Positions 58,220 through 64,000 of a stretch of DNA of 64,000 nt are shown here, piece after piece; positions within the stretch are counted from its first letter, which is position 1, and every line of letters begins with the position of its first letter. This DNA is from a bacterium (GTDB lineage Bacteria > Muiribacteriota > UBA6191). The position numbers and the translations under genes are program-made. The stretch spans positions 14,226 through 78,225 of the forward strand of contig JAYZAC010000095.1 of the NCBI GenBank assembly GCA_036339875.1, given 5' to 3'. The notes beneath the pieces are model-generated. The model had not been told where the DNA came from, made no database searches, and saw nothing but the letters and a program-made list of their open reading frames with translations.

Positions 58220-59674
58220 CTAATTGACTTTTTCCCCAAAGTAAAAGACACCGCCATCGTTGTCAACGACTGTCAAAAAAAACAGTCCCGGCTGAGGAAT
58301 CTCAAAACTATCAGAATACCTCGTAAACTTCAAAGCCTTTTTTACAGGCTCAAGAAATATCGAGCGTTGTCCAAAATAAACCTTTACTATCATAGGTTTT
58401 TTTAATTCGAGAGTTAACCTAATTTCTTCCGGACGATTTTCTAATTTCGACTTATAGAACTTTATGCCAACCTTATTAATTTGATCGTATATTTTTGATC
58501 TTGCTACGTGTTGAAATCGATTATTTGATTCGTTAGAAAATAAAAGTATCTCTTGGCTTTCTTTTCCAATTAAATTAAAAGCCTTACAAGCTATCATAGA
58601 AGGATAAAGAGCTTTAAATCGCTGGCTATCCAAAGGCAATATCATACTATAAATACCATCACCTGAAGTCAGATCACCTGATATTTGTCGTCCTACGATT
58701 TCTGGTTTCAAGTCCTCAATTGAGCCATCATCTAAAGGCTCAAAATCAAAGCTCCTCTTTCCAGTACTATAAAGCTCACACCTTATTTTATCGATAGGCT
58801 TACCGCCAGCTTCATTGACCTTAAAATCAATTTTGAGTAAATCGCCTGGCTCAGATAAAAATCCTTTAATTCTTGAGTCTAAATTCATAACTGAATAAGA
58901 TTCGATAACAGGATATTGTAAATTTCCCAAGACCTGATCACGAATCTCTAACTCATTGATCACACCATTATTATCGTTATCAGTATCGTGACCATCTTCT
59001 GAATCTTCTATACCATCATTATCATCATCGCGATCATTAATATCATAGATACCGTCATTATCATCATCGCGATCTTCCATGTCTGAAATTAAATCATTAT
59101 CCCAATCAAAGCGACTGTAAAACCTATTCTGATTATCACGTCCGAATACAATCCCATGATGATAAATTTCTATTTTTCCATCTGCATGAAATGTTTTCTG
59201 CCAAGAGCCGTAATCCCATCGCGTCCCTTGACCCCAACCACCTACAGCTTTCAAATACCAAACTCGTGGATTTGAGGGAATTCGGTGATCATTACCTACC
59301 CATTGAATCTCTAGCTTAGTTTGCTCTCCTTTTTTAACCACGAAAGTACCGCTGAACTCAGATTCAGACTTGGAATTCAATAATTTGATTTGGTATCTAT
59401 TTTCAGGTACATCTTGCCACAGTAATGAGTCTTTACCTATTTTCTGCGTTCGTTTAAAGTGACGCCCACGCACCTGAATGACAAAATTCTCAATTTCCAA
59501 AAAGTTCGTATCAGTATTATGAGTATTAACTTTTAATGCGATCCGTAAGCTTCCAGACCGCTTTTTGATTTTATGAGAGTAAGAATCTCCGTAGAGCGTT
59601 GAACCAATCGTCAATATAAAGACTAAATAAGTTATTAAGAAATTATTCTTCGTCAAGATCGATCTGGATATCAT
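58220..59674 (-). CDS. Exported protein with thrombospondin type 3-like Ca-binding repeats and a choice-of-anchor X-like segment
   Basis: N-terminal hydrophobic segment; DWDNDLISD / DRDDDNDGI.D repeats; PLDDG...GD..SGDGIYS. Confidence 0.8.
   Translation of the reverse strand: MISRSILTKNNFLITYLVFILTIGSTLYGDSYSHKIKKRSGSLRIALKVNTHNTDTNFLEIENFVIQVRGRHFKRTQKIGKDSLLWQDVPENRYQIKLLNSKSESEFSGTFVVKKGEQTKLEIQWVGNDHRIPSNPRVWYLKAVGGWGQGTRWDYGSWQKTFHADGKIEIYHHGIVFGRDNQNRFYSRFDWDNDLISDMEDRDDDNDGIYDINDRDDDNDGIEDSEDGHDTDNDNNGVINELEIRDQVLGNLQYPVIESYSVMNLDSRIKGFLSEPGDLLKIDFKVNEAGGKPIDKIRCELYSTGKRSFDFEPLDDGSIEDLKPEIVGRQISGDLTSGDGIYSMILPLDSQRFKALYPSMIACKAFNLIGKESQEILLFSNESNNRFQHVARSKIYDQINKVGIKFYKSKLENRPEEIRLTLELKKPMIVKVYFGQRSIFLEPVKKALKFTRYSDSFEIPQPGLFFLTVVDNDGGVFYFGEKVN
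59010..59074 (-). repeat. Coding direct repeat, 39-bp period (DRDDDNDGI x2)
   Basis: 59010-59035 and 59049-59074 differ at one base. Confidence 0.85.
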
Positions 59675-61535
59675 CTAAGTTTAGCTCTTCGCCCAAATCA
59701 TCAGTGGAGTCCGATTCATCCAAATCTAAAACCGTATCATCGACATCAATTACAATATCCTGATTTTCCTCAAGATCAATTTCTATATCATCTATATCGA
59801 GAACATTATCTTCGACTGTCGCCGCACCATCTACATTCATATCTTGAGGTTCTTCTAGTTCTACTTGATCTATATCTGAGCTCATCTCTGGGATATCAGC
59901 ATCTACTTCATCATCCAAATCTATCGATAACTCCTCTAAGGGCAGTTCATCTTCCTCAACATACGCTGTTTCTAAAGACTCGTTATCATCGAGGTTTTCC
60001 TCGGAATATTCTTCCTCAGCATAACTCTCTTCCGCATAATCACCTTCTGCAAAATTTTCCTCTGAATATTCACCCTCGGTATGACCTACCTCGCCATATT
60101 CAGCGTCCGAATATTCGTCCTGAGAGTAATCCTCCTGCGAGTACTCAGATTCTGAATAGCCACTCTCGGCATAATCTCCTTCAGCGTATTCGGCTTCTGC
60201 ATATTCACCCTCGGCATATCCCTCTTCAGCATACTCGTCTTGGGTGTATTCACTCTCAGCGTAATCTTCCTCGGAATACTCGTCTTGAGAATATTCACCT
60301 TCGGCGTAACCCTCTTCAGCATACTCGTCTTGAGTATATTCATCCTCGGCATAATGATCTTCAGTATGCTCCACTTCGGTATATTGGTCCTCGGTATTCT
60401 CTGAATCTACACTATTCGCAACAAACTCATTTTCAAGTTCTTCAACGCTGACAGAGAAGTCATCATCGGATGACACTTGTGAAACTTTTTCAACTTTTTC
60501 CATAGATTCAGAGATGAGATCTTGTTCGATATCTTCTACTGAAATCGTCAATTCCTCTTCGTTTGTTTCAATCGAATCAAAGCCATTTTCGCGAAGTTTT
60601 TCATCAACATCAAAGAGTTCCGTTACCTCAGATTCATAACTCTCTATTTCCTCAGCAGTGATCGCTATTTCCGCCTGTTCACCAGATATTTGGTTCGATC
60701 CGTCGCTAGGCTCTGAATTAACTGGAGTAGCAAACTCAACACCCACAGACTCCACTTCTGAATCTGCGAGAATTCTAGACGTTTCTTCATCAGTTAGCAC
60801 AGGTATATGATTCCGGCGTTCAAAGTCTGATAAATTTTGTACACCATGATCGAAAGTTGGCGACTCTTCAGCACTCTTTGAAATTTGAATTGTATTACTG
60901 CTCAAATCCTCATCATTATCCAAATAACAGTTAGAATTGAGCGAATCACCAGTCTCGACATTTAACGGGGCATCAAGATCAAGATTGTTATCCTCTCTCG
61001 TATTGGTACTTCCCTGAGAATTCCCAAGATGCTTAGCGACTTCAGAATTAACTGTTTGCGTCCAATAATCCTCATAAGCACTCAATCTTGACGGGAAATT
61101 ACTTTTACGATAGTGAATCAACGTCATTAATTCATCATCGCTAAATTTGTTAAAGTCGAATGTAAAGCTACGCTCAGCCTCTCTGGAGAAAAGCTCCCGA
61201 AGAGTTTTCATAGGGGTCTCTAATTCACCATCAATCAGACATTGTAGCTCATCCATTGATTTGATTTGTTTTCCCAATTCTTCGAGATGAATTTCAATTT
61301 CCAATTTCAAATCTTCGACTCGAGATGAAATTTGTGCTATCTCCTTGAATGGTTTTTCAACCGACTCGAGAGCACTTAATTTATTCATTACCTCTTGGAT
61401 TTCTTCCATGATACCCATGCTTGTTCGAAAGTCGTCTTTTGAATAAGCGGAATCAAAATCCTTTTTAAGTTGGGCTTTCTCATCCTGTAATTTACGAAAA
61501 ATTACATCGAATTTATTTTCATATACAGAAGTCAT
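59643..61535 (-). CDS. Highly acidic protein: N-terminal coiled coil plus low-complexity repeat tail
   Basis: 630 aa; helical first ~170 aa; remainder dominated by Asp/Glu with a pentapeptide array; no signal peptide. Confidence 0.88.
   Translation of the reverse strand: MTSVYENKFDVIFRKLQDEKAQLKKDFDSAYSKDDFRTSMGIMEEIQEVMNKLSALESVEKPFKEIAQISSRVEDLKLEIEIHLEELGKQIKSMDELQCLIDGELETPMKTLRELFSREAERSFTFDFNKFSDDELMTLIHYRKSNFPSRLSAYEDYWTQTVNSEVAKHLGNSQGSTNTREDNNLDLDAPLNVETGDSLNSNCYLDNDEDLSSNTIQISKSAEESPTFDHGVQNLSDFERRNHIPVLTDEETSRILADSEVESVGVEFATPVNSEPSDGSNQISGEQAEIAITAEEIESYESEVTELFDVDEKLRENGFDSIETNEEELTISVEDIEQDLISESMEKVEKVSQVSSDDDFSVSVEELENEFVANSVDSENTEDQYTEVEHTEDHYAEDEYTQDEYAEEGYAEGEYSQDEYSEEDYAESEYTQDEYAEEGYAEGEYAEAEYAEGDYAESGYSESEYSQEDYSQDEYSDAEYGEVGHTEGEYSEENFAEGDYAEESYAEEEYSEENLDDNESLETAYVEEDELPLEELSIDLDDEVDADIPEMSSDIDQVELEEPQDMNVDGAATVEDNVLDIDDIEIDLEENQDIVIDVDDTVLDLDESDSTDDLGEELNLDDIQIDLDEE
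59991..60395 (-). repeat. Coding tandem repeat, 27 x 15 bp (pentapeptide [STA]-[EQ]-x-[EDG]-Y)
   Basis: 405 bp = 27 units; near-identical 52-bp blocks at 60201-60252 and 60291-60342. Confidence 0.9.
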
Positions 61536-61639
61536 GTGCCATTCCCAGGCTTACGATTATTGCAGCAAAATCTGTATAACTATCGACAGGAATGGATCGG
61601 AGTTAATATGAAATTTTACAAGAAAACTTTCAAGTGTAT

Positions 61640-62707
61640 TTAATGACTAAGATCAATCAAACCCTCAACATTGTCTCGAAGAGCATCCAAAGACTGCTGA
61701 ATCTCATAACTAGTCTTGGTTAACTCTGAACTTGATAAACTTATTTTTGCTGATTCAGATCTCAAAAGGGAAAGTTCAATTCTTTCAAAAATCAGTAAAA
61801 TAGTTTCAATCTGATCGAATATTTTTTTTTCAAAGGAAATAGTCTCTTCAAAATATTTAATCTGAATTTCTATCTCAGTCAGGTGATTTAGGCGACTAGA
61901 CGAGACGTCAACTTCGATTGGCTCCATCGATAGCTGGGTATACTTCTCTTTCAACTGCTGCATTCGCCTAGGCAGGCAAAGCTGATATATTCTATCTCCA
62001 TGAAAAATTAACTTTTCGGTTGAATCAATCAGGAACCTAATGTCCTTAAATTGGGATACACATCGATCTCTATTTTCTAGCAATCGCTGAGTTAAAAGAT
62101 AATACCGCTCACATAAATCCTTATATGGATTACTTAATACCTTTCGGTCTAATTCTTCCTTGTTTTTTTGATCAAAAAAGAGGCAACTCCAATTTAACCT
62201 TCCCAGAAGTGTAATCGGTATTAAGAAAACTAACATCATAATAAGCTGGAGTTGTTGGCTGTTCTGAAAAAACCATAAACTTAAATTTGTGGCACCAATT
62301 AATAAAAAACCAGTTATTGCAGTCAAAATAGCAGCGGTTATTAGAACAAAATTATCAACTATTCCTGTGCTCCTCATATTGAGAAATCCAGTAAGCAAGC
62401 AACTTATTAAAAAAGCTACTGAAAAATTAAAAGATGCGCTTGAGAAGCAAATTGGAATGATGCACATCAAGGTAGTCAGTTTGATAGACCTTTTAGAAGA
62501 TGAAGACAAAAACAACATAGTCAAAGGTAATAAGACCATTATGTGGTTAAGTACAAAATCTAGATCATTGGTTTGCCATGCTGTCATACATGTAATTAAA
62601 GCAATCACAGCTGCTATTATATTGTCCTTAATAGAGGTTAATATCCATTTTGATTGTTTTAAGGAACCTTTAGGGAGCACCATAATTGTTGACTCAATTC
62701 TCTCCAT
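61640..62707 (-). CDS. Hypothetical polytopic membrane protein with C-terminal coiled coil
   Basis: Several hydrophobic helices in the N-terminal half, helical soluble C-terminal half. Confidence 0.75.
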   Translation of the reverse strand: MERIESTIMVLPKGSLKQSKWILTSIKDNIIAAVIALITCMTAWQTNDLDFVLNHIMVLLPLTMLFLSSSSKRSIKLTTLMCIIPICFSSASFNFSVAFLISCLLTGFLNMRSTGIVDNFVLITAAILTAITGFLLIGATNLSLWFFQNSQQLQLIMMLVFLIPITLLGRLNWSCLFFDQKNKEELDRKVLSNPYKDLCERYYLLTQRLLENRDRCVSQFKDIRFLIDSTEKLIFHGDRIYQLCLPRRMQQLKEKYTQLSMEPIEVDVSSSRLNHLTEIEIQIKYFEETISFEKKIFDQIETILLIFERIELSLLRSESAKISLSSSELTKTSYEIQQSLDALRDNVEGLIDLSH

Positions 62708-62806
62708 TAATCACTAACCCTTCTCCTCGACCAAAGTTTTGCAGATGATCAAACTTAAACCGAATATAATGCCCCGAGTAAGCCTCTTCTTAATTGACCT
62801 TTAACC

Positions 62807-63265
62807 TTAAAGTCCTGCATTTGAATCAGTTACTAAAATAAATACTTTTGCTGTCTCTCTTCTACTATCTCCATCTGAAACCGTATAACTAAAGGTTACT
62901 GGGATCTTAGAATTTAATTCTGGAGTAACTTTGACTTTAGTACCATTTAATATCAGATCCGCTTTACCACTACTAATATTCGATAGATGGATAATTCTAA
63001 ATGTTTCATTGTTTGGTAATTGATCATTTGCTAATACGTCAACTACAACAGATTGATTAAATGCCACAGTAGCAACATCGTTCTTAAGCTGGACTAGATC
63101 CTGATTTTTAATATTTTCCTTCGGTTTTTTATTCGCCAAACGATTTAGGTTGATCAAGGGATTTTTGAAGAAGTTTATAAATAAATCCCTACTCATTGAA
63201 TGGCACAGATTAAGATTAAGAAATAGAAACGATAAAGTTAAAATCCATTTTATAAACATGTTCAA
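62807..63265 (-). CDS. Exported protein with a single Ig/cadherin-like (Big_9-type) domain
   Basis: Signal peptide; ND.A.......DVLAND, V.VTP, FSYTVSDG, TAKV.I.V. Confidence 0.8.
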   Translation of the reverse strand: MNMFIKWILTLSFLFLNLNLCHSMSRDLFINFFKNPLINLNRLANKKPKENIKNQDLVQLKNDVATVAFNQSVVVDVLANDQLPNNETFRIIHLSNISSGKADLILNGTKVKVTPELNSKIPVTFSYTVSDGDSRRETAKVFILVTDSNAGL

Positions 63266-64000
63266 AAATCCTCTATGTAGCGCAAAAGACCTTCAACATT
63301 ATCAAAAACAAGATCAGGCTTTCGGGGTGCTGTTTCAAAAGTAACCAGAGTACTTTCGCCACTTAAGACTAAAGTAGTCTGACAGCCAGCATCAAAACCC
63401 ATCTGCATATCTGTGTAAATACGATCACCCACTATCATCAAATCTTGAACAGGTATTTTCAACAATTCTGCTGCCATCTTCACCATCGTTGCATGGGGCT
63501 TGCCAATGATTTCAGGTTTTCTCCCCGTCGAGGCTTCAAATAATGAAATCATAGCTCCACAATCAGGTATTGTCCCATTTTTCATAGGACAAACAAAATC
63601 TGGATGGGTCGCAAAATAGAGTACCTCGGGATTCATCAGAAATTCGTGGGCTATGCACATTTTCTGATAATTCAATGTTTTATCAAATGCTAACACTACA
63701 GCCTCAACATTTGCTTGATCAGCATTTAGAATAAAACCGGCGTCCTCAAATTCATCTTCCAAACTTGATGTTCCCAATAGAAATATATTTTCAATGTTGA
63801 GATTTTTTAGATACCTCAATGTAGCGACACCGCTAGTCAAAATTTGGCTTGGTTCTACCGGCAATTTTAATGCGTCCAATTTCTTCTGATAATCTTTGCG
63901 AGAAATAGAAGAGTTATTAGTCATTAGGCAAAAAGGTATCTGCTCTTTGATTAAATATTGAAGAATTTCAATTGCGCCGGGTAGTAGTTGATCTTCCAAA
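63262..64000 (-). CDS. HAD-IIA family hydrolase (NagD-like), 5' truncated by the window edge
   Basis: LLPGA, TNNSS, THPD..CP, PDCG, IGKP, VGDRIYTD, LVLSGE. Confidence 0.93.
   Translation of the reverse strand, partial: LEDQLLPGAIEILQYLIKEQIPFCLMTNNSSISRKDYQKKLDALKLPVEPSQILTSGVATLRYLKNLNIENIFLLGTSSLEDEFEDAGFILNADQANVEAVVLAFDKTLNYQKMCIAHEFLMNPEVLYFATHPDFVCPMKNGTIPDCGAMISLFEASTGRKPEIIGKPHATMVKMAAELLKIPVQDLMIVGDRIYTDMQMGFDAGCQTTLVLSGESTLVTFETAPRKPDLVFDNVEGLLRYIEDF

Noticed and set aside
58166..58405. 79-aa plus-strand ORF
   Set aside because: Antisense to the tRNA and to 58220..59674.
59991..60395. Repeat array as a CRISPR, and alternative-frame ORF 60086..60352
   Set aside because: The units are 15 bp, degenerate, spacer-less and in frame within a CDS, with no cas genes nearby; the alternative ORF is a by-product of the repeat.
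62289..62717. 142-aa plus-strand ORF and the other short track ORFs nested in assigned genes
   Set aside because: They overlap longer, motif-supported or operon-consistent genes and show no independent signal.

Overview
An AT-rich, densely coded bacterial chromosome segment with no integrase, transposase, CRISPR array or rRNA that I could find. The housekeeping backbone is tpiA, ychF, radA, fmt, rnr, ffh-rpsP-khpA-ylqD-rimM-trmD-rplS, mazG, trmL, prs, pheS, glyQS, yggS-yggT-divIVA, nucleotide-sugar genes and tRNA-Ser(GGA). Gene order is Firmicutes-like, but the window is rich in exported, TPR and Cys-CTERM proteins, which suggests a poorly studied lineage (inference). The most notable items are: (1) a tandem trio of exported gluzincin-like paralogs ending in a Gly-rich CFI-box C-terminal domain, where one keeps HEFQH...NEG and two have lost the zinc motif, and the third (>1025 aa, 1..3075) is missing from the ORF track; (2) an in-frame RbgA GTPase-YbeY RNase fusion; (3) a Clp ATPase with only the D2 ring, an IGF loop and an unrecognised N-terminal domain; (4) a very acidic protein with 27 tandem pentapeptides, 23 ending in Tyr; (5) a pheS-led operon without pheT that carries a zinc-less ROK kinase, a degenerate PilM-like protein and two TPR-TM-TPR paralogs. 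All family calls come from reading motifs by eye, not from database searches.
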